Positions 39,224 through 49,585 of a stretch of DNA of 64,000 nt are shown piece after piece; position 1 is the stretch's first letter, and every line of letters begins with the position of its first letter. Source of the stretch: Alphaproteobacteria bacterium (GTDB lineage: Bacteria > Pseudomonadota > Alphaproteobacteria > MPNO01 > UBA830); NCBI GenBank assembly GCA_965243135.1, contig OZ251539.1:2912001-2976000 (forward strand). Reading direction: 5' to 3'. Made by a program: the position numbers and the translations under genes. Under the pieces are notes generated by a model. It saw only the letters and a list, made by a program, of their open reading frames with translations, ran no database searches and had not been told where the DNA came from.

Positions 39224-42200
39224 GGCGATTCTCCGGCAAGGCGGAATTCCACGACGACCGGAAAGACCTGCGCCTCGCCCGTCATCGAAAAGCGATTGGG
39301 CAGAACGCGGGCCAGAATTCGCTCGCGCTCCTTTTCGAGTTGTCCGCGCACCTCCTCGAAATTGCGCCGCCGCCGGGCGCATTCCGCCTCCTTTTCCTCT
39401 ATGGAACGGTCGATGCGTCCCAGGCGGTTCGCCTCGTCGAAGAGAGTTCCCTGGCGCTTCTCCTCCTTCAGCCTCTCGATCTCGCGTTCGAGTCTCGCGA
39501 GGGTGTTTTCCGCGATCAACGCCGAGACCTCGCCCTGACGGCTGCGGTAACGCTCGTCCTCCTCGCGCCGCGCGCGGTCTCCGTCGCGCTCGAGTTGAGT
39601 TCGCAGGCCGGCGGTCAGCGATGCCGCATGCCGGCGAACGAAAGCTCCGAGCTCGGATTCCACTTCGTCGAAAATTTCCTGGGCCCGCCGCTGCGGTTCC
39701 TCGCCCCGGGCAGGCTGCGCTCCGCGGAGTTCGCGGGCAGGGCAGTGCGGGAGGGGATCGCCGAGCGCGCCTCCGGTGACCGGGAAGCGTATCGTTCTCA
39801 CCCAGTGGTGATAGGTTTCGCGCAGATCGTTGACGGCCAGTTCCTCCAGACTGAGAAGCACGGCGGCATCGACGCCTGCCGGCAGTTCTCCGATGCTTAC
39901 CGTCCAGCGGGAAACCTGGTCGCCGGTTCCCGGAAACCGGCGGCGGCTGAGTGAAACGAGCCCTTTCTGCAGCATCGGGTGGGACAAGTGGATCAGGCGC
40001 GCGTCGGGACGCGGCGCGAAAATCTTCCGCCTGCCGGCATCTTCAAGAAAAGGTTCCACGCCGAAAGCCAGCCGCACCACCGGCCCCTTGCTCTTCCCGT
40101 CGCCCGTAGTCGCGCGCAGCGAGTCGTCGATAACATCGCTCCATTCCGGCAGGCCCGGATTGACGATCCGGCAGGTGCCGTCATGGTCCGAGCGGTCGAG
40201 TTGCGGCCGGCCTGCGCGTATCGCCATCGCGGCTTCGAGGGTGTCGCGCACGGCGGCGGGGTCGAGATCCACCTCGGCGGCGACGTTGCGCAGATCCCGG
40301 ATGCCCGCCTCCGCGCTTGCCGCATCGGTCGCAACGGCGGAATCGGCGTCAAGCGCGGCCCGACCGCGGGCCAGTTCGACGCTCCGCTCGAGATGGTGCT
40401 GGACCTGAACGAGTTCCTCGCCTTCGACCAGACGCCGATGCGCCGCTTCGTCGAATAGCTCGTTGACCGACCCCAGATCCTCGCGGATTTCGTCGGACTT
40501 GCGGATGACGTGCGCCAGAAACTGGAGATCCTGGTCCTGGTCGCTGACGAAATGGTGAATCGTCACGTCGCGCGCCTGGCCGTGGCGGTCAAGCCGCCCG
40601 TTCCGCTGCTCCAGCCTGGACGGGTTCCAGGGACAGTCGTAGTGAAGCATGTACCGTGCGGTGCGCTGAAGGTTGAGGCCCTCGGCCGCCGCGTCCGTGG
40701 CGACGAGTATTCGCACCTCGCGGGAGGGATCGTTGAAGGCGGCCTTCACGAGATCGCGCCGGAATTCGTCCATTCCGCCGAAAAGCGTGAGGATTCGTTC
40801 CTCCTGGTAGCGCTCGCGGAGGCGCCGCACGACGTAGTCGAGCGTCGTCTTGTACTCCGTGAAGACGACAAGCCGTTCGTCGTCGCGCCAGCCGCCGCCT
40901 CGCCGGAGCAACTTTTCCACGAGGCCGCACAAGGCGTCGAACCGGGCGTCTTCCGCCGGGTCGCGGTCTTCCGCGAGGCCCAGCCGTTCCACCGCGAGGT
41001 CGATCTCGTCGATCTCCCGCGCAAGCTCCGTTCCGAACGACTTGAGCCATGCGCCGACCACGGTCGAGGCCGTGGACTCGCGCAACTGGGTCTCGCGGTC
41101 GTCGGGGATGTCCTGGTGCAGGGCGCGGGCTGCGGCAACCACTTCGCTGTCCGCCGCGGGCTCGGTCTGCTCCAGACCGTCCTTGCACCTGCGCCACGAC
41201 TCGGCGAACGCAACGGGGCAACTGAGCAGCCGCTTGCCGAGAACTTCGATCGCGAAGCTGCCCGACCGTCGCCGCGTATTCTCTCCGCGGGCGATCTGCG
41301 ACCGCACCCCGGTCCGGAAAGCGGCGAACGCCCGGCTCACCGACGCTTCGGCAGGAGACAGACTCAGCTCGACCGCCCGCGGCGGCATGCGCGTGCAGAA
41401 TTTGGGCGGATCGGTGCGGTCGTTGATCTCGCTCTTGAGGCGCCGGAGAACTACTTGCTTGATGCGCTCTTTCTGCGCGGGATTCAGCTCGCCGGTCTGG
41501 CTGAATCGCAGCGGATCCAGAATCTCCAGAAGCCCCGTGAAGGAACGCGTATGGCCGTTGTGCGGGGTGGCGCTGAGAAAGATGCGATGCTCGAATTGCG
41601 GAGCGACGAGGCGCAGCATGCGGCAAAGATCGCTGTCGTCGCCGAACGGCGAGGGCATGAGGTTGTGGCACTCGTCGACGATCAGGAGATCCCAGGGCAG
41701 ATGCGGCGACCCTTCCGGCGTTCGGCAGGCGGCGAGGAATTGTTCGAGGACGTCGTCCTGCCGCAGGTAATGATAGGAGGAGATGATGCGGCTGTACGAT
41801 CGCCAGGGATTGGCGTCGAGGCCGAGGCGCTTCCGCAGCTTGTCGGTCTCGGAACGGTCGACGAGGTTGAAGTGAAGAGAGAACTTGTCCCACAACTCGT
41901 CCCGCTGCCATTGCAGGCGCAGCGAGGCCGGCGTGAGCACCAGCACCCGCTGGATCCGCCGGCGGATCAGAAGTTCGCTCAGGATCAGACCGGCCTCGAC
42001 GGTCTTCCCCAAGCCGACGTCGTCGGCGATGAGCAGGTTGACGCGCGGCATGCGCAACGCCTTGAGCAACGGCACGAGCTGGTAATCCTCGACCTGGATG
42101 GCCCCGTGGAACGGGCTCGACACCGGCAACCGGTCGACCGGTCCTTCGCCGTCGAGGTACGGCATGGTCGCCGTCCATCGCGTCGCCCGCAAGAGCGCGT

Positions 42201-42444
42201 TGAAGTCGTCGGCCGGCATCGGGTCATTATCCGTCACCCGCGGCAGCGCGTTCGGCTTCAGAACGGAGGGACGGGCTTCCAGTTCCCAGACAAGCGTCTC
42301 GTCCCGAGGCAGATGATCGTCCTTGTATTCCACCTGGACAAGGTGCAGGCGGCCCGAATCGCCATCGAACGGCTCCACGCTCGCGATAACGCCGCGGCGA
42401 TTTCTGACCGTCGCCACGGCGCCGACGAACGGATTATCGGTCAC
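39220..42444 (-). CDS. drmD: SNF2-family helicase, DrmD-like
   Basis: IADDVGLGKT, DECH, SATPHNG, FTEYKTT, ATDAAAEGLNLQ, EQRNGRLDRHGQ; upstream of N6 MTase. Confidence 0.82.
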   Translation of the reverse strand: MTDNPFVGAVATVRNRRGVIASVEPFDGDSGRLHLVQVEYKDDHLPRDETLVWELEARPSVLKPNALPRVTDNDPMPADDFNALLRATRWTATMPYLDGEGPVDRLPVSSPFHGAIQVEDYQLVPLLKALRMPRVNLLIADDVGLGKTVEAGLILSELLIRRRIQRVLVLTPASLRLQWQRDELWDKFSLHFNLVDRSETDKLRKRLGLDANPWRSYSRIISSYHYLRQDDVLEQFLAACRTPEGSPHLPWDLLIVDECHNLMPSPFGDDSDLCRMLRLVAPQFEHRIFLSATPHNGHTRSFTGLLEILDPLRFSQTGELNPAQKERIKQVVLRRLKSEINDRTDPPKFCTRMPPRAVELSLSPAEASVSRAFAAFRTGVRSQIARGENTRRRSGSFAIEVLGKRLLSCPVAFAESWRRCKDGLEQTEPAADSEVVAAARALHQDIPDDRETQLRESTASTVVGAWLKSFGTELAREIDEIDLAVERLGLAEDRDPAEDARFDALCGLVEKLLRRGGGWRDDERLVVFTEYKTTLDYVVRRLRERYQEERILTLFGGMDEFRRDLVKAAFNDPSREVRILVATDAAAEGLNLQRTARYMLHYDCPWNPSRLEQRNGRLDRHGQARDVTIHHFVSDQDQDLQFLAHVIRKSDEIREDLGSVNELFDEAAHRRLVEGEELVQVQHHLERSVELARGRAALDADSAVATDAASAEAGIRDLRNVAAEVDLDPAAVRDTLEAAMAIRAGRPQLDRSDHDGTCRIVNPGLPEWSDVIDDSLRATTGDGKSKGPVVRLAFGVEPFLEDAGRRKIFAPRPDARLIHLSHPMLQKGLVSLSRRRFPGTGDQVSRWTVSIGELPAGVDAAVLLSLEELAVNDLRETYHHWVRTIRFPVTGGALGDPLPHCPARELRGAQPARGEEPQRRAQEIFDEVESELGAFVRRHAASLTAGLRTQLERDGDRARREEDERYRSRQGEVSALIAENTLARLEREIERLKEEKRQGTLFDEANRLGRIDRSIEEKEAECARRRRNFEEVRGQLEKERERILARVLPNRFSMTGEAQVFPVVVEFRLAGESP

Positions 42445-42622
42445 GGTGCCGGTTTTTCATGCTTCCGTAGCCTCGCGAATCTGCAAAACGGCCCCTCCCG
42501 CGATATAGTTGCAGGATAGTCGTGGAAGGCAAGCGTTCAAGGGCCGCAAAATGCCGAACCCGCGCCCGTTATCCCGCGGCGAATTCCTTGCAGGCGCTCC
42601 GAACGGCGCGCATCGCGGCCGT

Positions 42623-43330
42623 TCAGTTGATCCTCGTCGGCAGATGCTCCGGTAGCCACCCCACGATTACTTCCTCGTCCTCGTCGTCCCGGAAGAAGTA
42701 CAGGCGGAATCCGTAACGCGAATTCCGTGCGCTGCTGCCTTTCAGGTGTCGATCCAGCTCTCGTTTCCTTCCCTTGTGCGTGAGGAAATAACTGTCCCCG
42801 TGTTCGCCGGCCCCCCGAGAACGTTCGTTGCTCCTGAATTCCTTCTGTCGCCAGCGCTTCCAGGTAGGCCTCCCTGAGTTCGTTGCCTCCTTCGCGCGGC
42901 ACATAGCGGTCTCGCAGAATGAGCAGTGCGCGGTACGCCAGCGGCACGTCTTTGAACGGGGATTTCTTCGCCCCCCGCTCGGCTGCTTGACGCTGCCCGC
43001 GAGGTGCCTGGTCGACCACTGCTGCAAATCTTCGAAACTGTCCGGAATTTCGTCTTCGACCGGCGCGCCGCGCGCCTTCCGGCCCTCCAGATACGCAATG
43101 CGCGATTTCAGACCCCAGTTTTCTTCCCTTGCCGCATGTAGCTCCGCCCGCAATTTGCGCGACTCGCTGTCGACGGTTTCGAACAGATACTCCTGCTTTT
43201 CCCGGTTGAGATCGTCGATTTCCGCCTGATACAACGCGAGAAGTTCCTGCTCGGACTTCACGGTTGCGGCTTCCGCTCGCTTTCGCAGTTTCTGAGCGGC
43301 TTTCTTGACCTCGACATAGGGCGGAAGCTA
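42623..43330 (-). pseudogene. 3' remnant of a coiled-coil protein with possible RelE-like C-terminal domain
   Basis: Two compensating frameshifts; ends 'RHLKG..RYGFRLYFFRD....VIVGWLPEHL'; 5' part replaced by IS110 relic. Confidence 0.5.
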
Positions 43331-43339
43331 GCGTCCCTG

Positions 43340-44170
43340 CCGGTCGACGGTTCCAGACTTCATGCAACGACAGCCGAAGTGCATCGTGGAGGCTTGCGGC
43401 ATCTCGCACTACTGGAGCCGGGAGAAGCTTGGCCACGAGATCGTGGTTGTTGCCACCCGTCAAGCCGTTCGTCAAGCGTCAGAAGAACGACGCGGGCGGA
43501 CGCCGACCCCGGACCGACGATGCGCTTCGTCGCCGTGAAGACCGAGGAACAGCAGTGGGTGGCACGTGCGCAGCCTGGCGGCAGCGGATCCGGACGGCGC
43601 TTCGCGATCGCGGAGTTCGGTCTCGCGGTTCCCCAAGGCGCCGCCAACGTCAGAAAGGTCGAAGATGCGTTGCTGGCATCGCCTGCCCGACCTGGTACAC
43701 CGCAGCCGATCTGTTGGAGCGGCAGTCTGAAAAAGAAGATCGACGAGCAAAAGGGCGCTTGCGAAGGAGGACTCGAAGCGGAGCATCCCCGGGGTCGGTC
43801 CCTTGACCGCTTCGGCAGCCTTCGTGCCGGAAGAACTTCCGGTCGGGACGCGACTTCACGACCTGGCTGACGCCGAGAGAGGACACCACGGGCGGCAAGG
43901 TGAGACTCGGCAACGGGTCAGCGTGACGGAGCATCGGTCGTTCGTTCGGCTGGCGAAACGACGCGTGACGGGCTCGGGGCTGGCGCTTGCGACCAAGCCT
44001 CCGAAGTTGGTGGCGGCTGGCCAACGGCGCGTACCGCTTGGACGCTGCTGACGAAGAAGGAGTTCTACCAAGTGCCGACGGCGGCTGCTGACTGAGGGTT
44101 TCCCGGGGTCCGACGGCGCTTGCGCTGGACGTCGGGGGCAAGGACGGAGGGAGAGTAAGGGCAAATGGTC
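43340..44170 (+). mobile_element. IS110-family transposase pseudogene
   Basis: Broken frames give 'VEACGISHYW', 'KPFVKRQKND', 'PTMRFVAVKTEEQQ', 'IPGVGPLTA', 'FRSGRDF'; boundaries approximate. Confidence 0.8.
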
Positions 44171-44470
44171 ATAGACCGGGCAAACCAGCCGCGCTTCTTG
44201 CGTGCTTCGAGCACGCACTTGGATCCGGTCCGCGTATCGCCCGCGGCCACTGAAGTCGTTGCGAGATACGAATGTACTTGACGCACCGAGCTTTCCAAAA
44301 TGCTTGCATCAACGGAGGCGTCTATACACATGCGTTCGCCATTTTGTCGTGTCTCGCTTCCGCCGTTTGGCGATTTCATCCAGCGGAAACTCTTGGTAGC
44401 GAATGATCGGCCGCATGCACTTGGCAGGCGGACATGCTTTCCATTTCCCGCCGATCAGCGCAATGCATTG

Positions 44471-45124
44471 TCATTCGCTGCCCAAGAAGTCAACAGCTTT
44501 CGTCACGAAGCTTGCCCCGTTCCTGACCTCGCATTCCCAAATTCAGACCTCCTGACATGGTATGCGTAACTGAAAGATTTTGCTTGATTTTCCCCAGTTC
44601 GTCGTAAATTAGAATGTACCACTTTCTGGAGAGCGCCATGTTCCAGTCCCGCTTCAACACGGCGCTTCGGGAACTTCGTGCCACTCGCGAAGGCCATGCC
44701 TACCCCGGCACCGGGCTGAAACTGGCGTTCGAGGGACCCCTGCTGGCAAATTGAATTTACGCGATGTCAGGAGGTCTGAAATTACGAGAACATCCCATCC
44801 CATTTCACGCAGCTGCGCCTGATGTTCAGCGTCTCGGACGGCGTTCCGCTCCAGTTTCGGCAGCCAGTAATCCCGGTTCGACTTGGGCTGCCGGGAGATT
44901 TTGCAATCGGGGTGCTGATGCCAGAAACAGCCGTGCACGAAGATTGCCTTCCGCCACCTCGGAAACACCAAATCCGGACTTCCGGGCAGATCCCGCCTGT
45001 GCAAGCGGTACCGGTAACCCATCGAGTGCAGCAGCCTCCGCACGGTCATTTCGGGCTTCGTGCCCTTGGACCTGATCCGGGACATGTTCTCGCTTCTGCG
45101 TTTTGGGGAAATGGTGTCAGCCAT
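44471..45124 (-). pseudogene. vsr: Very short patch repair endonuclease interrupted by a MITE
   Basis: 'RSENMSRIRSKGTKPE', 'FVHGCFWH'; removing 44544-44778 and one AAATT restores ...VLVIWECEVRNG...GSE* (137 aa). Confidence 0.92.
44544..44778. mobile_element. 235-bp non-autonomous element (MITE)
   Basis: Perfect 15-bp terminal inverted repeats CAGACCTCCTGACAT (44544-44558 / 44764-44778); 5-bp target duplication AAATT (44539-44543, 44779-44783). Confidence 0.92.
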
Positions 45125-45265
45125 CGCGCTGTCATTATAGGCGCATTCCCGGCACGGCGCGTCCCGCCCGGTTTATCCCCAGCGGATTCGGTTGTTTCAT
45201 CTGACGATTCGCCCACCGTTCTCCCCAGATGTGCTAAGAGCCACGCTGGAGGAGGCCAATATATT

Positions 45266-46300
45266 GTGTTGCTAAGCTTGTTCTCCGGCTGCGGCGGGTT
45301 GGATCTCGGTTTTGAGCGGGCGGGGTTCGCCATCGGACTCGCCTACGATATCCGCGCCTCGTCGATCGCTTCGTGGAACCGGAATCGTCCGGGCGGCGGC
45401 AATGCGCACCTGGCTGACATTACGAATATACGGCTCGCGGACATGGACCGGGACCACAGAGACAGCTTTGCGCCGACCGGCGTGATCGGCGGTCCACCCT
45501 GCCAGAGCTTTTCACGGGCCAACAGTTCCCGTGTTCCCGACGACCCGCGCAGCAAGCTCGTAAGGCATTTTTTTTCCATCGCGCTGCGGTTTCACCGGCA
45601 CCGCCGTCCGCTCGACTTCATACTGATGGAAAATGTCCCAGGCTTGGATAAGGCGGAGGAAGGCCGCTTGCTCGCCCGCGAAATCGAGCGGCTCGAGGAG
45701 CACGGCTTTGAAGCCCGCCCCTTCTATGCCGAGGCTGTCCACCATGCCGTTCCGCAAAACCGGCGGCGCCTGTTTGTGATCGCGCTTCCGAAGTGTGTCA
45801 TGAACCAATGGGCTGCACCGACCGGCACCGATGTCCAAAGAACGGTGGGTGACGCGATCAGCGACCTGCCGCCGCCGGTGCAGTTCGAACGCGGGATTGA
45901 CAGGAAGGCGATCAAAGTCCACCCCAACCACTGGTGCATGGTGCCCAAGTCCCGTAAATTTTTTGACGGCTCACTGGTCGAAGGTTATTCGTCCGCTCGC
46001 AGCTTCAAGACACTTTCTTGGAATGAACCGAGCATCACCGTGTCGTACGGGCATCGGGAAGTTCACGTGCACCCAAGCGGGACAAGGCGGCTCAGCGTGT
46101 TCGAGGCGATGCGACTACAGGGATTCCCTGACAGCTATGTCTTGGAAGGGAGCCTTTCGGCACAGATCGATCAGGTTAGCGAAGCGGTGCCGCCGCCAAT
46201 GGCGGAAGCCGTCGCGAGATCGATCGGTTCGGCTCTCGGAAACGCTGTTCAGAAAAAAACTGATCAGGTGCCAACAGTTGCCGCGACAGCAGGGTCGTAA
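45266..46300 (+). CDS. dcm: C5-cytosine DNA methyltransferase
   Basis: FSGCGG, GGPPCQSFS, MENV, QNRRR, RLQGFPD; RBS GGAGGA; divergent from vsr. Confidence 0.93.
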   Translation: MLLSLFSGCGGLDLGFERAGFAIGLAYDIRASSIASWNRNRPGGGNAHLADITNIRLADMDRDHRDSFAPTGVIGGPPCQSFSRANSSRVPDDPRSKLVRHFFSIALRFHRHRRPLDFILMENVPGLDKAEEGRLLAREIERLEEHGFEARPFYAEAVHHAVPQNRRRLFVIALPKCVMNQWAAPTGTDVQRTVGDAISDLPPPVQFERGIDRKAIKVHPNHWCMVPKSRKFFDGSLVEGYSSARSFKTLSWNEPSITVSYGHREVHVHPSGTRRLSVFEAMRLQGFPDSYVLEGSLSAQIDQVSEAVPPPMAEAVARSIGSALGNAVQKKTDQVPTVAATAGS

Positions 46301-47463
46301 CCGGCTTTCACCAGCCATATCCGCAAATTTTCGGCCATCCGGTCGTGAAGTCCGCGATCCTCTCGCATGCGGGAATCTACATTCGTCATATTATTTACTT
46401 GGTCGGCGGCGCGAATTGACGTGTCTCCGCGCGCTGCAGCGGGTACCGGATCTGCACGGGAGACTTCGAACGAATCCGGCAGGCCAGGCGGTGGCGGGAG
46501 AAACTCGAACGCAAGGCAAACCATGGTCGGAGTATCATCGCCAAGAGGCGTCGTGGAATAGCAATATGGTTGGTGAGTGTACACATCCCACTGCCTTTCA
46601 CGAGCCAAATGAAGAAACCATTTTGCCACGCCCAAGGAAAAAAGATGGAGGAAATCTTGTCCGGCAACTCTTGACACCCGATCTGCGGCGGCTCTTATGT
46701 CTTCATCGCCGCAGTTAAGCAACGTCGAGGCACGGTCTCGAAAATCGTCCTTTTCAGCGGCATTTGCGAAGATTGTCTCGCACAAACGGTCCAACGTCTT
46801 TCTGGAAACCGAATCGGGGCGTGCATCTACAGTGAGGAAAAGCAGCCACGGACCCGTCTTAAAATTTATTTGGAGTTCTAAAATTCTGTGAATCGCCTCG
46901 ATCAACCGGCTTGCGTGATTATCCGCGGGCTTCGCTATCGAACCGCATGCATCGATATTCACTATGTGAAACGGCCCTCGGCGGATCAAGTCCTTGTAGG
47001 CTTGGCTGGTCGAAGGAATTATGTCTTCAAAACGCCTCGGAAATATATGTGAATCCCCTGTAATCTGATTGGTAGCGATCAGCTGCTGTCTGGAGACGTT
47101 GGCCCGTGCGACAATGGGATTTCTGTCACCGCCAGCTTCGAACCCCGTACTTGTAAGACTGCATCCATTTTGCTGACAAATATCGGCCAGCTGCCGAACG
47201 TCGAGGTAGTCCTTCCCCGGCAGGGAAAGGTAACGGACTTCCGGTTTTTCCTTCGGCGGAATCGGCAATCCCGGCTTCCCCTTTTCCCTTCTGATGAGAC
47301 GTTCGGAATGACGAATCCACTGCTTCTCCCGGACCAACTGTTTACGCGGACGATGCCAAGGCTGTAACTGATTCAATCCCTCCGGCACCGCCAAGTCGTC
47401 GGCCGGGGCCGGCAGCACATCGTCAGCGATCCGGCGATCGGATTCTTCAGGAGGGGAGGTCAT
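46264..47463 (-). CDS. Hypothetical protein with probable SAM-methyltransferase-like fold
   Basis: Clean 399-aa ORF coupled (ATGA) to MORC gene; 'YLSLPGKDYLDVR' and 'FHIVNIDACG' resemble class I MTase strands. Confidence 0.55.
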   Translation of the reverse strand: MTSPPEESDRRIADDVLPAPADDLAVPEGLNQLQPWHRPRKQLVREKQWIRHSERLIRREKGKPGLPIPPKEKPEVRYLSLPGKDYLDVRQLADICQQNGCSLTSTGFEAGGDRNPIVARANVSRQQLIATNQITGDSHIFPRRFEDIIPSTSQAYKDLIRRGPFHIVNIDACGSIAKPADNHASRLIEAIHRILELQINFKTGPWLLFLTVDARPDSVSRKTLDRLCETIFANAAEKDDFRDRASTLLNCGDEDIRAAADRVSRVAGQDFLHLFSLGVAKWFLHLARERQWDVYTHQPYCYSTTPLGDDTPTMVCLAFEFLPPPPGLPDSFEVSRADPVPAAARGDTSIRAADQVNNMTNVDSRMREDRGLHDRMAENLRIWLVKAGYDPAVAATVGT

Positions 47464-49337
47464 GAGTTGGTTTCGGGAATGCCGAGAATGTCCTCGATTA
47501 CGCGGGATCGGTCTTCGATCGGAAGTGTTGACAACAACCCGTAGGCTTCGAGGACGACAGCAAGTGCTCCTATCTTGCCCGTTCCAACAGGCTTGCCCGC
47601 GTATGTCATGATTTCACTATCCGGCCATTTGAGATCGGCATCTCCGACTGCATCCGGCAGATTGTTCACGGAAAAATCCGCGAGCGGAGGATCCGCGTCC
47701 TTTCCCAGCCGCCGGCTCCACACCTTGTCCGCATATACGAGCGCCGCTTCTCGAAGCTCCAATCTGCTGCGGGCGAGATCCTCGGCGGCCAATGTCTTGA
47801 GCCGATTGACAAGAAGGCGCAACGCCCGATGCAACCATCTCTGAATATAAAGAAAGTGGGGATGACTGTAATTGAACGACTCGCGATCTATATTGACGGC
47901 GCTGTCCAGCCCTTCGTGAACGAAAATCTCCGCCGTTATCTGCCGAAGCCTGGTTTGCTCCGAAATTTGATAGTTCAGGAAGGTTTGGTCGAAGAGCGTT
48001 CCGCTTGCTTCGCGGATTCGAATGAGCACTCCTGCAGTTTCTTTCGGAACGATCTTGCTGTTCCAATAGAGATATCCTTCAAAGGACAGAGGGCCGCCTG
48101 CTCGTCGGAGGGTTTCATTCGAAAAGGGGTTTTCCTGCTTGGCGGCAAGCACAACAGGTCCGCCTACCCGGGAATCCTTCAGCAGTTCCCGGCGCAGTCG
48201 GATCGGCCGACGGAGAGCAATTCCATCAAGTGTGACGGAAAAGGAAGGCGTTGCCTTCTGTTGGCCCGCCCGCAACCCCATATGTTCTCCGACGGATTCG
48301 GTATTGGCAAGGTCGATTTCTTGAGCTTGACCCGTCGCATCGGGTATGCCGAAAAATAACAGGCCGCTCGATCCGTCAAGTTTGAAGGGATGTTCGCCTA
48401 TATAGTCCAAAGGCAAAGACAGGCTCAATTTCCAAATTAGGCGAAGATATTCGTCGAAATGTTCAAGATTTGCTAATTGGCTTTTTGCCTTGGAAGCGCT
48501 GCCGCTCGCTTCGAACAACCGGTCGAATTTTTTCTTAGGCGGATCCGCCGCATCCCAAGGCAAAATCGGATCCTTGCGGAATTGCTCAAGGGAACAACCG
48601 ATGTGGAAATCCGGAGGCTTCCTCATGGCTTCTCCGCCGGCAGTCTCGACACTAACGGCTTCCCAACGCCTGACGCTTTGAAGCGTCCGCCGAACCTCTT
48701 CGCGCAGATCGTATAGAACCACCTCGGTGCCTTGCGACTCTATCTCGTTCTTGGGAACCTGCTCCGAAACAATCACGACCTCTCCGGCCACATAGTCCCC
48801 CCGCCGCGCCTCTTCCTCGTCGTGGGTCTGGAGTCTTACCGTGGCCGACAGTCTTTCTGCTTCGCCCGATGCCTTGGTAACGATTTGGAAATGCTGGGTC
48901 AGCTGCGCAACCGCGAACAAGCCGATGCCGATTTTCCCGATCAGTTGACGGCCCCCGGGACTCTGGTCGCGGGCGTCGGCATCGACGGTGTTGAGATCTG
49001 CTCCGGAGGATGTCCGTTTCGAGCTTCCGCCGATGTTCTTGAGAACATAGGCTAGAGTTTTCGGCGACATTCCGTTGCCGTCGTCCTTGACCGTGATGCG
49101 CCGGAATTCGGGCTGGCTGGTTTCGATCGTTACGTAGGTCGCATCGGCATCGTAGGCATTGGCCACAAGTTCACGGAAGGCGGCCCACGGCTCCCTATAG
49201 ATCCCGTCGGTGACGCGCGCGATGATGCGCTCGCTGGTGCCGAGTCTTGTTTTTACGGGTTCGCGGCGGCCTGCGCTGGCCCGGATGTCCGCTTCGAGGG
49301 TTTCGACCGTCTCGGGATCTGTGGTTGCGATTGTCAT
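47460..49337 (-). CDS. MORC/HSP90-like GHKL ATPase
   Basis: ELVANAYDADA, DDGNGM, IGKIGIGLF, GTEV, 'GEIFV-like AEIFVHEGLDSAVNIDRESF'. Confidence 0.85.
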   Translation of the reverse strand: MTIATTDPETVETLEADIRASAGRREPVKTRLGTSERIIARVTDGIYREPWAAFRELVANAYDADATYVTIETSQPEFRRITVKDDGNGMSPKTLAYVLKNIGGSSKRTSSGADLNTVDADARDQSPGGRQLIGKIGIGLFAVAQLTQHFQIVTKASGEAERLSATVRLQTHDEEEARRGDYVAGEVVIVSEQVPKNEIESQGTEVVLYDLREEVRRTLQSVRRWEAVSVETAGGEAMRKPPDFHIGCSLEQFRKDPILPWDAADPPKKKFDRLFEASGSASKAKSQLANLEHFDEYLRLIWKLSLSLPLDYIGEHPFKLDGSSGLLFFGIPDATGQAQEIDLANTESVGEHMGLRAGQQKATPSFSVTLDGIALRRPIRLRRELLKDSRVGGPVVLAAKQENPFSNETLRRAGGPLSFEGYLYWNSKIVPKETAGVLIRIREASGTLFDQTFLNYQISEQTRLRQITAEIFVHEGLDSAVNIDRESFNYSHPHFLYIQRWLHRALRLLVNRLKTLAAEDLARSRLELREAALVYADKVWSRRLGKDADPPLADFSVNNLPDAVGDADLKWPDSEIMTYAGKPVGTGKIGALAVVLEAYGLLSTLPIEDRSRVIEDILGIPETNS

Positions 49338-49585
49338 CGACAAGCCCGTTTTTTCGCGCCGGTACGAACCGCCGCCTTTTCACAGTGCCAGACTAGCACA
49401 CTGAATCTGGAAATCCGAACCTGCTAGCGCACAACGCTCAGCCGCGGCGCACCGTCAGCGTCAGGGCGTGTTTGACGACCTGCCGGAGGCGATCAGGCTC
49501 ATGAAGAAAATACACCCCATCTTGCTTCCAGTCGTCTACCGCGGGCTGTCGTCGATCCGTTCGGGCGGCGTGACGGAAAGGGTGT

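Noticed and set aside
44170-44470. Possible gene remnant downstream of vsr
   Set aside because: Only short broken frames with no recognisable motif
44654-44783. ORF-track C-terminus of Vsr (SDLLTSRK...)
   Set aside because: Read-through into the MITE; the true tail is at 44543-44471
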